Assembly: GCA_965368975.1 (NCBI GenBank)
Contig: CBDUPA010000006.1
Span: 64,001-128,000, forward strand
Length of the DNA: 64,000 bases
Source: an uncultured bacterium
GTDB taxonomy: Bacteria; Acidobacteriota; Thermoanaerobaculia; Multivoradales; JAHZIX01
Reading direction: 5' to 3'
Under the pieces are notes generated by a model. That model searched no databases. It saw only the letters and a list, made by a program, of their open reading frames with translations, and was not told the origin of the DNA. Within the stretch, counting starts at the first letter, position 1. Every line of letters starts with the position of its first letter. Shown in pieces: positions 63,321-64,000 of the stretch. Position numbers and translations under genes: made by a program.

Positions 63321-64000
63321 GCCCCACTTGCCCTCGGTTGTTTCCCGGCGGGCACAAGCCGCTGTCGCAGCCAGCGCGCGAGCTGCAGAGCGTGGCGTGG
63401 CCGGATGCGTCCGAGCAGTGGCAGTACCCGACCCAGGTTGCCCCGCCGGAGATGATGCAGCAGAACCTTGAAGGTCAATCCCGTGTTGCGCCGTGCATAC
63501 TGCTGGTGGAACTTCTCAGCTAGCGTCGGCTCACCTGGACTCGGGGCCTGCAGTTCCTGGCTGAGCCGTTGGAGCCGAGTCAAGATCAGCTCACCTGCCG
63601 TATCCACTGCCCATTCGACCCGTCCATCGATCTCGTGCATCAGGGTTGGCAAGATCGCCAGCTGGCTGACACCGTGGCGGTCTAGATCGAAGCCGAAAAT
63701 GGCACCTTCGCGCTGCTCACGCACGGCGACGTCGGGCTGTACGTGGCCATCTTGCCAATCGAAGAGCAGGTTGCCGAGGTTGTGGCAAACGACGCAGGTG
63801 CGCTCCGGTGTTGCTGCCGGCAGGACTTCGATGCCCTGCAGTACGTGAGCATGGTGCAGCAGCACCAGGTCGGCTCCGGCCGCGGCCAGTCGGTGGGTCA
63901 GCCGCCGGTGATCAGGGTGGGGATAATCGACATACATGTACCCCAAGTGCAGGGACACCACCAGCACGTCGACCTCGGCCCGTACCGCGGCGGCGGCGGT
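63317..64000 (-). CDS. CapA/PGA_cap family metallophosphoesterase-like protein (5'-truncated by window edge)
   Basis: VSLH.G, AGADLV..HHAHVLQGIE, NLGN..FD. Confidence 0.85.
   Translation of the reverse strand, partial: TAAAAVRAEVDVLVVSLHLGYMYVDYPHPDHRRLTHRLAAAGADLVLLHHAHVLQGIEVLPAATPERTCVVCHNLGNLLFDWQDGHVQPDVAVREQREGAIFGFDLDRHGVSQLAILPTLMHEIDGRVEWAVDTAGELILTRLQRLSQELQAPSPGEPTLAEKFHQQYARRNTGLTFKVLLHHLRRGNLGRVLPLLGRIRPRHALQLARWLRQRLVPAGKQPRASGA

Overview
High-GC bacterial chromosomal window, most likely Acidobacteriota (ADOP-type duplicated orphan ABC permease, MacB-type ABC plus NtrC/NtrY-like two-component locus, giant NRPS). Left part (1-23.2 kb) is mostly housekeeping or envelope genes: ABC ATPase, sigma54 response regulator, histidine kinase, TMEM175 channel, ADOP permease, nicotinamidase-like hydrolase, YgfZ-like protein, ftsEX, gatB, DinB, tRNA-Gln(CTG), methyltransferase, GGDEF cyclase, phosphodiesterase, GNAT, PIG-L deacetylase and glgA. 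Next come a lower-GC nucleotidyltransferase/small-protein pair, two ATP-grasp ligases, a secreted PPC-like protein and a PQQ-type beta-propeller. The centre holds a stand-alone 17.5-kb five-module NRPS (C-A-T x5, no TE, docking-like ends). It is followed by a nuclease-XPD/DinG helicase, an intergenic region with two putative ECF-sigma-driven anti-Shine-Dalgarno small RNAs, a trypsin-like protease and a third ATP-grasp ligase. The right end is the distal part of a surface-polysaccharide locus with an unusual phosphoglycosyltransferase fusion. Best leads: (1) tandem ECF-promoter/CUCCUCC/terminator sRNA cassettes at 49.16-49.54 kb, with a possible third at 21.5-21.7 kb; (2) the orphan NRPS subunit; (3) a chimeric double 'kinase end-cargo-permease end' slot at 2.96-4.83 kb; (4) three L-amino-acid-ligase-like ATP-grasp paralogues tied to glycogen synthase and a glycan operon. 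All family calls come from motif recognition by eye; no database search was run.
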